Below are positions 9,883 to 19,912 of a DNA stretch of 64,000 bases, in pieces. Position numbers and translations under genes: made by a program. A model generated the notes under the pieces. That model was given only the letters and a program-made list of their open reading frames with translations. It did no database searches and was not told where the DNA came from. This DNA comes from an uncultured virus (IMG/VR IMGVR_UViG_2061766007_000578). Lineage: Duplodnaviria; Heunggongvirae; Uroviricota; Caudoviricetes. The number at the start of each line of letters is the position of its first letter. Position 1 is the stretch's first letter. The DNA lies in IMG/VR virus record IMGVR_UViG_2061766007_000578, one strand, 5' to 3'.

Positions 9883-10347
9883 ATGGCCGGAATGCAATGG
9901 GTAAGCAAGGGAATGCAAGAATATATTGCAATGCTTGGAAATTTAGCGATATCGGCTCCGCAGGCAATGGGTAAAGCCATCTATGAAGGCGCTGACATTG
10001 TGGCTGATGAAATCATGAAAAACCTTAAGGGATTAAAAACGGATGATCGACCTTTTCCCGAACAGGTGCAGGGTCCTAAAACCGTGCAAAAGGAAGGACT
10101 TATAAACAGCCTTGGTATTGCATCAGCAAGGACCGACGGCACTTATCGAAATGTCAAAATAGGCTTTGATGGATACAACAAACTGGGACAGCCTAACGCG
10201 ATGATCGCGCGAACTTTTGAAGGCGGCAACAGTTTCACCAAAAAACAGCCGTTTGTTGCGCCAGCAATAAGAAATTCAAGATTAAGAGCTGAGTCACACA
10301 TGGAATACATCATTGATCAGGAAACAAAAAAAATCTTTAACAAATAG
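9883..10347 (+). CDS. HK97 gp10-like tail component
   Basis: KAIYEGADIVAD, QPFVAPA. Confidence 0.75.
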   Translation: MAGMQWVSKGMQEYIAMLGNLAISAPQAMGKAIYEGADIVADEIMKNLKGLKTDDRPFPEQVQGPKTVQKEGLINSLGIASARTDGTYRNVKIGFDGYNKLGQPNAMIARTFEGGNSFTKKQPFVAPAIRNSRLRAESHMEYIIDQETKKIFNK

Positions 10348-10357
10348 GAGGCATAAA

Positions 10358-11362
10358 ATGCTGAAATATAATTTGCAGACATTCGCAGCCGGAAAGGTTG
10401 CAACAGGCTTTTCAAAGCCTTATGTGGCAAAATATCTGTCAAATGCCGGTCAGATTTCTTTCACCGGTGGGCGCAGGCTTGCCCGTGGCGTGAATGTAAA
10501 TCTTTCACCGGAGAGCTCAACAGATAATAACTTTTACGCTGATAACCAGGTAGCAGAGAGCGCATCAGGTGTATTCACCGGCGGAACTGTTACCCTCACA
10601 GTTGATGGTCTTTTTATGGACGCAGAGAGGTTCGTGCAGGGACTTCCTGAAGCAGACGCACAGGGATGGGTTGGATATGGCGACAACAAGGAAACCCCCG
10701 ACATCGCAATAGGCTACATCGTTCGCTATATGTCCGGCGGAGTGACCACTTATGTTCCCACGATCCTTCCGAAGACAAAGTTTGGTCTTTTTAACCAGTC
10801 CGCAGCTACACAGCAGGCAGAAATCGACTGGCAGACACAGGAAATCACGGCAACTCTTATGAGAGCCGACAACACAAACCACGACTGGAAGTTCGTATCA
10901 GAGACAGAATACTCTTCAGAGGACGACGCTGAAAGAGCACTCCAGACGAAGCTTGGTATCTACGTAACAGATCCCACACTTGAGCCGATCAGTGACGGTG
11001 TGACCGTGTTCGGCACGCTTGTAAGCGATCTGCAGGAGAATGTTGTATTCGGTCATGAAGAAGTAACCGGAACGCTCAAGTATCTTGATAGCGGTTCACT
11101 TGTAACCACTTGGGGCGCTGGTAACTTCCTTGCTGTTCAGCTTAACAACATCGATCCCAGAGCTACATCGGTTCGTGTTGGTATGGACCCGTCAGAGGGA
11201 TCAGGGCTCATCGAGATCATCGACGATCCCGACAAGAATGGCGTCTTCAAAGTTACCGACAAAGATACACAGAAGTTCACCGTCATCACTTCAGACGGCA
11301 CACACACCACAACTGTTAAGTATGACCTGTCAAAACTTGTTTGCAAGTCAGCAGGCGCATAA
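10358..11362 (+). CDS. Major tail (tube) protein with a C-terminal accessory domain
   Basis: GFSKPYVAKY, FYADN, IDWQTQEI; RBS AGGAGG before ATG 10358. Confidence 0.88.
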   Translation: MLKYNLQTFAAGKVATGFSKPYVAKYLSNAGQISFTGGRRLARGVNVNLSPESSTDNNFYADNQVAESASGVFTGGTVTLTVDGLFMDAERFVQGLPEADAQGWVGYGDNKETPDIAIGYIVRYMSGGVTTYVPTILPKTKFGLFNQSAATQQAEIDWQTQEITATLMRADNTNHDWKFVSETEYSSEDDAERALQTKLGIYVTDPTLEPISDGVTVFGTLVSDLQENVVFGHEEVTGTLKYLDSGSLVTTWGAGNFLAVQLNNIDPRATSVRVGMDPSEGSGLIEIIDDPDKNGVFKVTDKDTQKFTVITSDGTHTTTVKYDLSKLVCKSAGA

Positions 11363-11371
11363 GGAGGCAGT

Positions 11372-11776
11372 ATGAACATTTACGGTCGTGAAGTAAAATT
11401 CTTGAGAACAGTCGAGGCAACGATCAAAATAGCAGACATGTGTCCGGACTCAGATATTGAAAAGGCTAATCAGCTTTTTGATGGGTCTTATCAGGTATCA
11501 CAGCAGACCGCGGCGACATTTATGGCTGTTTTAAGTGAGGGCTATGAGAACAACATGGCCTTTGCCGATCCAGAGTATAAACCTCACCCTTTGACGGAGC
11601 GTGAGGCGCTGAGTCTTAAGTCAGAGGATTTCAGTGAGCTTTTCAGTGAGGCAATACAGGCCTATGTTGGGGAAAAAGTCACCGTCGAGACTGAACCGGT
11701 AAAAAAAACCGAAGAAACAAAGGAGAACGAATCAGACTTAACAAATCTTGGTTCCTCTTCTACGGCCGAAGGTTAA
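11372..11776 (+). CDS. Tail assembly chaperone (gpG-like)
   Basis: Between tail tube and tape measure genes; contains an A8 slippery run. Confidence 0.8.
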   Translation: MNIYGREVKFLRTVEATIKIADMCPDSDIEKANQLFDGSYQVSQQTAATFMAVLSEGYENNMAFADPEYKPHPLTEREALSLKSEDFSELFSEAIQAYVGEKVTVETEPVKKTEETKENESDLTNLGSSSTAEG

Positions 11777-11919
11777 ACATGAGCAGGCGGGAGATCATGA
11801 TCACCCCTTTGGGGGAAATGCAGGACATGATCGCCTGCCTGTCTATTTATGAGGGGCTTGCATCTCCGAAGAAATACAAAAAGAAATGGAATTATGACGA
11901 GGCAATAGCCTTGAGGTAA
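11701..11919 (+). CDS. -1 frameshift extension (gpT-like) of the tail chaperone
   Basis: A AAA AAA heptamer at 11701-11707; -1 frame open to TAA 11917-11919 (LNKSWFLFYGRRLNM...IALR), ending 4 nt before the tape measure ATG. Confidence 0.85.
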   Translation, partial: KKNRRNKGERIRLNKSWFLFYGRRLNMSRREIMITPLGEMQDMIACLSIYEGLASPKKYKKKWNYDEAIALR

Positions 11920-11923
11920 ATAT

Positions 11924-14668
11924 ATGGCTGTTAATATAGGACCCAAAATCGGCATAGACGGATATGCTGAATATAGAAAACAGATAAACGGGATCATCCA
12001 GGAAACGAAGACCCTTGAATCGGAATATAAGAAGATTTCTTCGACTTTTGACCAGAATACGTCTTCAATTAAGAAGAATGAAGAGCGTCGGAAGTATCTG
12101 ACGGAGCAGATCAAGATCAATTCTGAGCGTGTCAAGGCAAATCAGCAAGTTTTGGATGAAGCAGCCAAAAAGCACGCAGAGCTTGAGCAAGAGCTTGCAA
12201 AGGCGTCCGACAAATACGGAGAGAACAGCAAAGAAGCGGAAACGCTCCGGAAACAACTCGAAAAGCTGGATCAGGACACCGTAAAATGGACTCAGAACAC
12301 CAACAATGCAACCGCGGAATTAAATGCACTTGAAACAGAACTGCGGAATCTTCCTTCGAATATGACGCTTGTCGGAGAGAAGATGCAAGAGGTTGGTTCG
12401 AAAATAAAAGACGCTGGTCAGCACATGACTGACTTCGGGCGGACTATTATGCCCGTGTCAACAGCGGCCGCGGGAGCCCTTACCGCAGCAGGCAAGTCAT
12501 TCATGGACTTTGAGGCTGGAATGTCAAAGGTTGCGGCAATATCCGGAGCCACAGGTGAGGATCTGGACAAACTCACCGAAAAAGCCAAAGAAATGGGCGC
12601 AACGACAAAGTTCTCTGCTACAGAATCGGCAGAGGCTTTTTCATATATGGCGATGGCCGGATGGAAGACAGAGGATATGCTTGCGGGCATAGCTCCGGTC
12701 ATGAACCTTGCGGCGGCATCCGGTGAAGAGCTGGGAACTGTATCTGATATCGTGACAGATGCCTTGACGGCGTTTGGATTAAAGGCGGAAGACGCGGGAC
12801 ACTTTGCTGACGTTCTGGCGGCGGCATCATCGAATGCAAATACAAATGTCGCCATGATGGGAGAGTCGTTCAAGTATGCGGCTCCCGTGGCGGGATCGCT
12901 CGGGTATAGTATTGAGGACGTGGCTCTCGCTCTCGGTTTAATGGCAAATTCGGGGATAAAGGCTGACATGGCCGGTACTTCCCTCCGCAATATGCTGAAC
13001 CGCATGGCGAAACCCACAAAAGAGTCCGCAATGGCAATGGATCGGCTCCACTTATCGCTCGAAAAAGACGAAAACGGAATGTATTCACTCCGCGACATAA
13101 TGAACCAAATGCGGGTGAGCTTCAAAAACATAAATATGCCGGTCGAGGAGTTCCGGAAACAGGTTAAAGACCTCGATGCAAATCTCGACGACGGTATAAT
13201 CACAGAAAAAGAGTACGAAAAAGAACTTGAGGAAATCTCAAAACAGGCTTTCGGTGCTGAAGGAGCTGAGAAGGCAAGGGCGGCGGCTATGCTTGGCGGA
13301 ACCAGAGCGATGTCGGCTATGCTTGCCATCGCGAATGCTTCCGAAGAAGATTATCAGAAATTGACTGCGGCAGTGGATGGATCAAGTCAGTCTTTCGCAA
13401 AATTGGCGGACGGGTCCATTGTACCTCTGAATGAGGCTCTGGCATCAGGTCAAGAGATTATCGAACAATACAATGGTACGGCTGAAGAAATGGCACGTAT
13501 CATGGAAGATAACGCACAAGGCGCATGGACAGAAGCAAAGTCGGCACTCGAAGGCGCCGGTATTGCTGCGGGCGAGGTATTGGCTCCGTATATAGTCAAA
13601 GCAGCAGAAGCAGTTAAGGATCTGGCAAACTGGTTCAGTAGCTTGGATTCAGAGACACAGGAGACCATCGTAAAAACTGCGGCACTTGTGGCGGCGGCAG
13701 GCCCCGCGATTATGCTGGGAGGTAAAGCGGTCTCTGGTATCGGTTCGCTTGTATCCGGTGGCGGTCAGCTTGTGTCAATGCTTGGTGGATTAACCCCGGC
13801 AGTCGCTACGGCAAGTGGCGGCATGAACAGCCTTGCCGGAGGAGCTGCGGCATCGGCGGCAGGCATCGCAGGTATAGCGGCACCGGCAGCAGTGGCAACG
13901 GCAAGCGTGGCACTTCTTGGAGCGGCTTTTATCGATGCTTACAACAATGATGAAGAGTTCAAAACTGAAGTAAATACAGCCTGGGCGGACATAAAAGCGG
14001 ATATATCTGAAACTATCGAGTATCTGAAACCTATGTGGAATGATTTTGTGAAAGCAATGTCTCCGAAATTTCTTGAGGAGATCCAAAAGATACAGAGCAA
14101 GCTTGATCATTTCAAAACATACATCAAGGGCTTTACTGATACAGTAAGAGGCATTCTTACAGGTGACTGGAGATCAGTTTTATCCGGTTGGATGCAGATT
14201 ACTGCAGAATTTATTGACAACAAATTTGTGGCAAAATTCAGATCCGCGGCGGCGCTTGTGGAATCCATATTCAGCCACTTGAATATCCAGTTGCCTCACA
14301 TAAAACTTCCACATTTTACCGTAGAGAGTACAGACGGCTTTGGTCTTCCTAAGTTTAGAGTGGACTGGTATGCAAAAGCCATGCAAAGCGGTATGAAACT
14401 TGACCGGGCGACCATCTTTGGAATGGCTAACGGCAAATACTTAGGCGGTGGAGAAGCTGGCAACGAGTGGATCGTCGGAGAAAATTCTTTGATGGGAATG
14501 ATCAGAGCGGCGGTCGATTCAGCAGGCGGCGGTCATGGTGATGTTTCGATCGGAGACACGACAATAGTAATAAATGCAGCTGAAGGACAGGATGTGTATG
14601 AAATTGCTGAGGCTGTTGATGAGATTATCAATGCCAGATATCAGCAAGCGGAGGCGGCATGGGCTTAG
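11924..14668 (+). CDS. Tape measure protein (TP901-family core)
   Basis: FEAGMSKVAAISGA, TKFSATESAEA, AGTSLR; C-terminal GEAGNEW. Confidence 0.95.
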   Translation: MAVNIGPKIGIDGYAEYRKQINGIIQETKTLESEYKKISSTFDQNTSSIKKNEERRKYLTEQIKINSERVKANQQVLDEAAKKHAELEQELAKASDKYGENSKEAETLRKQLEKLDQDTVKWTQNTNNATAELNALETELRNLPSNMTLVGEKMQEVGSKIKDAGQHMTDFGRTIMPVSTAAAGALTAAGKSFMDFEAGMSKVAAISGATGEDLDKLTEKAKEMGATTKFSATESAEAFSYMAMAGWKTEDMLAGIAPVMNLAAASGEELGTVSDIVTDALTAFGLKAEDAGHFADVLAAASSNANTNVAMMGESFKYAAPVAGSLGYSIEDVALALGLMANSGIKADMAGTSLRNMLNRMAKPTKESAMAMDRLHLSLEKDENGMYSLRDIMNQMRVSFKNINMPVEEFRKQVKDLDANLDDGIITEKEYEKELEEISKQAFGAEGAEKARAAAMLGGTRAMSAMLAIANASEEDYQKLTAAVDGSSQSFAKLADGSIVPLNEALASGQEIIEQYNGTAEEMARIMEDNAQGAWTEAKSALEGAGIAAGEVLAPYIVKAAEAVKDLANWFSSLDSETQETIVKTAALVAAAGPAIMLGGKAVSGIGSLVSGGGQLVSMLGGLTPAVATASGGMNSLAGGAAASAAGIAGIAAPAAVATASVALLGAAFIDAYNNDEEFKTEVNTAWADIKADISETIEYLKPMWNDFVKAMSPKFLEEIQKIQSKLDHFKTYIKGFTDTVRGILTGDWRSVLSGWMQITAEFIDNKFVAKFRSAAALVESIFSHLNIQLPHIKLPHFTVESTDGFGLPKFRVDWYAKAMQSGMKLDRATIFGMANGKYLGGGEAGNEWIVGENSLMGMIRAAVDSAGGGHGDVSIGDTTIVINAAEGQDVYEIAEAVDEIINARYQQAEAAWA

Positions 14669-15372
14669 TTTATCAGTATTTATTTTTTGCAGGGAAATCT
14701 TCAGAGGATTTCAACTGTCACATATCGGGATCGGGCACCTTCTTGAGTCCTGAGAGGGATGTCAAGAGCGTGTCAGTTCCGGGGCGCAATGGAGACCTTC
14801 ATATAGATAATGGACGATACTATAACGTCGAAGTGGTTTATCCGGCTTTCATTACGAAGGACTTTCGGAAGAATTTTGACGCTCTGAAAGCATTTCTACT
14901 GTCCCAGAGAGGATATAAACGACTTGAGGACACTTATCACCCGGAGTACTACAGGCGTGCAAGGTTCGCAGGAAGAATTGAGCCGGTGATGACAACTCTG
15001 AACCGTGCCGGATCGTTTGAACTGAGATTTGACTGCGATCCGCGTCGGTTTCTGAAGGAAGGCGAAAATACGCTCGAAATTGAGACTGGTGGAGAACTGT
15101 TGAACCGGACAGAATACGCAGCGCTTCCTCTGATCAGGGCATACGGAACGGGAACATTTACCATAAACAGTACAGCGGTGCAGATCACGACAGCAAACGG
15201 ATACACAGATATTGATTGTGAAATGCAGGAAGCTTATAAGGGCTCTACAAATTGCAACGGGAACATAGTTCTGACAAATGGAAAGTTCCCGGAGCTGGTG
15301 CCTGGATCAAACACGATCACATTCACAGGAATTACGCAAATTGAGATAACACCTCGGTGGTGGAGTGTATGA
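14659..15372 (+). CDS. Distal tail protein (Dit)
   Basis: SVPGRNGDL, FDCDP, ITPRW. Confidence 0.85.
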   Translation: MGLVYQYLFFAGKSSEDFNCHISGSGTFLSPERDVKSVSVPGRNGDLHIDNGRYYNVEVVYPAFITKDFRKNFDALKAFLLSQRGYKRLEDTYHPEYYRRARFAGRIEPVMTTLNRAGSFELRFDCDPRRFLKEGENTLEIETGGELLNRTEYAALPLIRAYGTGTFTINSTAVQITTANGYTDIDCEMQEAYKGSTNCNGNIVLTNGKFPELVPGSNTITFTGITQIEITPRWWSV

Positions 15373-17645
15373 AACCTATTTTATTCGCTGAAAATTCAAC
15401 AGTTTTTACATCGAACGGCATTGGAAGATTATCTGATGCCGTTTCTTGTACTGTTACCGAAGAACGCAACGGGATGTATGAGCTCGAAATGGTTTACCCG
15501 TCGAAAGGGATCCATTTTTCTGATATAGCCATCCGCTCGATCATCGTGGTGCTTCCTTATGTGGGTGCGTCACTTCAGCCTTTTAGGGTTTATCAGATCA
15601 CAAAGCCTATCAATGGACAGGTGACGGTCAAGGCGCAGCATATTTCTTATGATCTTTCGAAAAATACCACGATGCCCTTCACTGTTGCCGCTTCAGCAAC
15701 GGCCTGCAACGATACACTTCAAGCGCTTAAGACAAATGCGGTCGAGACGTGTCCATTTACGTTCTGGACGAATGTTACAACCTTGGCATCATACAGCCAG
15801 TCAGTCCCGGCAACGATCCGGTCAAGGCTTGGCGGAGTAGAGGGGTCAGTTCTCGATCAGTTTCGCGGTGAGTATGAATGGGATGGTTATACGGTCAAGT
15901 TCCACAACAGCCGTGGCTCTGATAATGGCGTAGTGCTTCGATATGGTAAAAACATCACAGATATCCAACAGGATGAAAATATAGCGAATACCATTACCGG
16001 CATAGTTCCATTTTGGACGAACTACGACGGCACAGAACGGGTCACTCTTCCGGAAAAAGTCGTATATGCCCCGAACGCAAGCGCATACTCCGAACACTTA
16101 ACGGTTCCGCTCGATTTCTCAAGCAATTATCAGGAAGCACCGACGGAGGCAACCTTAAGAGCGGCGGCACAGGCCTACATCAATACCCACGATCTTGGAG
16201 TCCCCAAAGTATCTATTGACGTTTCTTTCGTCAATTTGGCTGATACAGAGGAATACAAGGAAGAGGCAGCAATGCTTCAGACTGTACACCTTTGCGATCA
16301 AATTACGGTGCAGTTTGAATCCTTGGGAATATCTACGAAAGCGCAGATCGTTAAGTATCAATGGGACGTGCTGGGTGAAAAATATAACAGCCTGTCGGTC
16401 GGTTCCATCCGGTCGAGTCTGGCCACCACTTTGAGCGAACAAAACAGCCAGATATTGAGCGAAATCGTCAGATCCGGACAAGCTGCTGCAGAGGCGACTT
16501 CGTGGTTGACAAAATACGGTGGTTATGTTGTTGCGGTGAAAGATAATGCCGGTCAGTGGGCGGCTTTGGCCTTCTCAAACGATCCAGATCCAACAAAAAA
16601 CACAGCCCAGGTATTGCTTATCAACCAGAACGGCCTTGGCTTTTCCAGCCACGGTCTGAATGGTCCTTTTTATAGTGCTTGGACGCTTGACGGGCATCTG
16701 ACGCTTGGCGGAATAAATAACGAATACGGAACCCTGACATTGATGGGACCCGATCCAAACAATCCATCTCAGATGGTGCAGATTGGAAAATGGGACAAGA
16801 ATGGGATCAGCGTCACGAAAGGCGTCATAAGTGGAACGACAGTACAATACGGCAGAAACAACCTTTTAACTGAACTTAAATACGGTCCGAGTGCAGCCTT
16901 CGGAGGATCTGAAGCTCTTTTGATATCAGGAAATGACCGAATGGCTATAGAGAGCTCAGCGTATCAGGTACGAGTGACCGGAGCCAGTTTTCACGGCGGG
17001 ACAACGGCCGGGGACGGGTATATAGATATAAACAGCAATTATGCGTCCATTGTAGCGCAAACAGGCGCGACTATTACATGCCCCGGGTATATCACCCTAA
17101 ACAGTGGGAACTCCTCCGCGATGATGCAATTACAGGATGGAGTTGTTCGTATATCGCACGGCGATTTTAGAGTAGATGGAGCTATTACAAGGAATGCAAG
17201 TGCAATTACTTTTAGGTATGCCCTTGATGCAGATGAGGCGGTTAACTTAAATCTGACAGGATCGTCCACAAATGCGCTTGACCATCTGGCAACGGGAAAA
17301 TTCGTAAAATGGTCAACCTCTTCAGATAAAAGGTCAAAAAAGGGAATAAAAAATCTCAAAAGCGATATCGTGAGGAAGTTCTTTGACAAGATCCGACCCG
17401 TGAGTTTCAAGTTTAAGAAGGACAAAAACGAGCGCACACACTTCGGCCTAATAGCTCAGGAGCTTGAGGAAGTATTTAATGAGCTCGGGCTCGACAATAC
17501 GGATATCATCGGAGAATTAAACAACGACGAAAAGACAAAATTTATTGATTATCCGGGTCTGATCGGCATCTGTTTGAGCGCAATAAAAGACCTATACAGT
17601 GAGGTTAATTCACTGAAAGAGCAGATAAATGCAAAGGAGGCATAA
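15369..17645 (+). CDS. Baseplate hub/tail spike (Tal-like) with C-terminal peptidase S74 chaperone domain
   Basis: VTEERNGMYELEMVYP, RYGKNITD; C-terminal SSDKRSKK..RPVSF..GLIAQE. Confidence 0.88.
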   Translation: MKPILFAENSTVFTSNGIGRLSDAVSCTVTEERNGMYELEMVYPSKGIHFSDIAIRSIIVVLPYVGASLQPFRVYQITKPINGQVTVKAQHISYDLSKNTTMPFTVAASATACNDTLQALKTNAVETCPFTFWTNVTTLASYSQSVPATIRSRLGGVEGSVLDQFRGEYEWDGYTVKFHNSRGSDNGVVLRYGKNITDIQQDENIANTITGIVPFWTNYDGTERVTLPEKVVYAPNASAYSEHLTVPLDFSSNYQEAPTEATLRAAAQAYINTHDLGVPKVSIDVSFVNLADTEEYKEEAAMLQTVHLCDQITVQFESLGISTKAQIVKYQWDVLGEKYNSLSVGSIRSSLATTLSEQNSQILSEIVRSGQAAAEATSWLTKYGGYVVAVKDNAGQWAALAFSNDPDPTKNTAQVLLINQNGLGFSSHGLNGPFYSAWTLDGHLTLGGINNEYGTLTLMGPDPNNPSQMVQIGKWDKNGISVTKGVISGTTVQYGRNNLLTELKYGPSAAFGGSEALLISGNDRMAIESSAYQVRVTGASFHGGTTAGDGYIDINSNYASIVAQTGATITCPGYITLNSGNSSAMMQLQDGVVRISHGDFRVDGAITRNASAITFRYALDADEAVNLNLTGSSTNALDHLATGKFVKWSTSSDKRSKKGIKNLKSDIVRKFFDKIRPVSFKFKKDKNERTHFGLIAQELEEVFNELGLDNTDIIGELNNDEKTKFIDYPGLIGICLSAIKDLYSEVNSLKEQINAKEA

Positions 17646-19032
17646 ATGTCAGTAGTACAGGAATTTAACTTAAACATCATACCGGACAGCGGTCCCGTCG
17701 TGGTGCACGTGGATCAGTACGATCACGGTGAGGGTAGGCTTGTTGCACACCTTTACAACGGGAGCACCCCATATTCACCAGTCGGAGCCAGTGCGATGAT
17801 TCAGGGCACGAAGCCGGACGGGAATTTTTATATGTATTCTTGCGATATAGACGGGAATACCGTAACAGCAAACCTTGAGGAGATAATGACACAGGTTTGC
17901 GGTCGCGTCAGAACGCAGTTTGTTATCACGGACAGCGAAGACCGGACGGGCACCTTTGTATTTGAACTGGATGTACAGTCGAGCGCTCTGAACGGAGCCG
18001 GAGGATCTGAAAGCATTATCGAATACATACAGGAAGCCATTGAAGAGACACAAGAGAAGGCACTTGAGTCTGAAGCGTGGGCTGTTGGCCAGAGGGGCGG
18101 CACGGATGTCCCGTCAACAGATCCGGCATATCACAACAACTCAAAGTATTATTCAGAGCAGGCAGATACATCGGCAACAAACGCGGCAAACTCTGAAAGC
18201 GCTGCATCTGGCTCCGCGGAGGATTCTGAAGCGTGGGCTGTTGGAGAGCGTGGAGGGGTTCCGGTCACTTACGGAGATCCGACGTATCACAATAATGCGG
18301 AATATTGGGCGGATGTTGCAAGGCAGTCGGCAGGGGCTTCCGTGGTAGCGAATACAGAGACGGAAACATCGGCGCACGCTTATGCGGTTGGGGATCAGTT
18401 TATTTATAACGGAGTCCTTTACACAGCCACGGCACCCATCTCGATCGGTGGGACGATCACACCCGGCACGAACTGCACGGCAAGCGATAACATCGTGGAT
18501 CAGTTGGAAAATAAGGCTGATCTGGTTGGTGGCAAGGTTCCGGCCGCACAGCTTCCCTCTTATGTGGACGATGTCATTGAGGGATATTACTACAACAGCA
18601 AATTCTACGAAGAGGCAGCGCATACCACAGAGATCACACCGGAGACGGGCAAAATATACGTGGATCTGTCAACGGATGTGACATATAGATGGAGCGGAAG
18701 CGCTTATATTGCACTCAGTAACCCTGATATCGCAAATGATGCGGTCACAGCGATCACGGCATCAACGGCAGAGTATCCGGTTCCGGCAGTGAATGAACTG
18801 CTGAAGGTGATCATCGGAAAGATCAACAAGTTCCTGGATGATCTTAAGACAAAAAAAGCCGACAAGGTATCCTCTGCCACAAATGGCGACTTTGCGGGAC
18901 TTGATGCTAACGGGAACTTAACAGATAGCGGAAAGAAAGCGGGTGATTTTCTTACTTCGCATCAAACTATCAAACAGGACGGTGTGACAGGAGCAACCGT
19001 AAATAGATTTGGTACTTGCTCAACAGCCGCAG
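17646..19032 (+). CDS. BppU-like upper baseplate/fibre protein, truncated by an N-gap
   Basis: VDQYD..GTKPDG N-terminus; two internal SEAWAVG..DPxYHNN repeats. Confidence 0.75.
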
Positions 19033-19043
19033 NNNNNNNNNNA

Positions 19044-19436
19044 AGCGGTTGGATATCAAACAAAGTACAGGAGATTAAGTCAAAGTTCAACTTTAATTTC
19101 TCGTTCAATTCAAGCGGTAGTGGTGGTGGAATAAGAACATACGCTACAGGTGGATTCCCTGAAGATGGATGGTTTAGAGCATCACAGGGCGAGATTATGG
19201 GTGAATTTGATAACGGTCAATCTGTAGTGGCAAACAATAGCCAAATTATCGAAGGTATACAAGGTGGTGTAGAAAGAGCAATGATGAATGTACTGCCTAC
19301 GATAGTGAGTGCTATTGAAAACAACGCATCAACCGTTGTTGTTGAAGGTGATACGGACAAGTTATTTAAGACAATGGTTAAGAAGAATGGCAGTATGAAT
19401 AAGCGAACATTTGGCGGTAGTCCGTTGTACGCTTAA
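19044..19436 (+). CDS. C-terminal fragment of a second tape measure protein
   Basis: YATGGFP..EIMG..VVANNSQIIEGIQGGV motif typical of tape measure C-termini. Confidence 0.8.
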   Translation, partial: SGWISNKVQEIKSKFNFNFSFNSSGSGGGIRTYATGGFPEDGWFRASQGEIMGEFDNGQSVVANNSQIIEGIQGGVERAMMNVLPTIVSAIENNASTVVVEGDTDKLFKTMVKKNGSMNKRTFGGSPLYA

Positions 19437-19443
19437 CAAAATC

Positions 19444-19472
19444 AAGGGGTTGTCAAACGACAGCCCCTTTTT
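19444..19472 (+). terminator. Intrinsic terminator
   Basis: aaggggttgtc-aaac-gacagcccctt followed by T-run. Confidence 0.8.
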
Positions 19473-19482
19473 GGTGGAATAA

Positions 19483-19911
19483 ATGTCAGATTTATACGCA
19501 GGATATTTGATAAAACTTGATAACAATAGCGGAACGGAATTTACGATAAGCACAGCAAGATTTATCAGAGCAGACAGTTATAAAACTTCTCTAAAGAGAA
19601 TTGATATAGATTCCTATACAGACGCTTGGGGTGTATTGCATAGAAACGTAGTAGAGAATGTACCCACAAAGACAGAATTTGAAACACCGGAATTGCTTAC
19701 AAACACCGATATGACCGAGTTAATGGAAGGAATACGCAGTTGCTACACAAATGAGCGTGAACGTAGAACGTGGGCTACAGTGTATGTTCCTGAATATAGT
19801 CTGTATAAGAGAAAAGAAGTGTACCTTGTTGATCCTGAATTTCAGATGTACGGCAATTACCATAATAAGATATGGTACAGACCCGTGAGATTTTGCTTTA
19901 TAGCATACTAA
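19483..19911 (+). CDS. Small distal tail (Dit-like) protein
   Basis: Follows tape measure; DAWGVLHRNV motif. Confidence 0.6.
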   Translation: MSDLYAGYLIKLDNNSGTEFTISTARFIRADSYKTSLKRIDIDSYTDAWGVLHRNVVENVPTKTEFETPELLTNTDMTELMEGIRSCYTNERERRTWATVYVPEYSLYKRKEVYLVDPEFQMYGNYHNKIWYRPVRFCFIAY

Positions 19912-19912
19912 T

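Larger units (their letters stand above)
1..19032 (+). mobile_element. Phage A packaging, head and tail arm (HK97-like siphophage), broken at an N-gap
   Basis: Gap-free canonical order terS-terL-portal-protease-capsid-connectors-tail tube-chaperone-tape measure-Dit-Tal-BppU. Confidence 0.95.

Noticed and set aside
12418..13329. 303-aa antisense ORF in the tape measure gene, and similar minus-strand ORFs elsewhere
   Set aside because: Shadow ORFs of Ala-rich sense genes without RBS or recognisable motifs
17646..19436. A 596-aa BppU-tape measure fusion protein
   Set aside because: Artefact of reading through the 10-N gap that joins two phages
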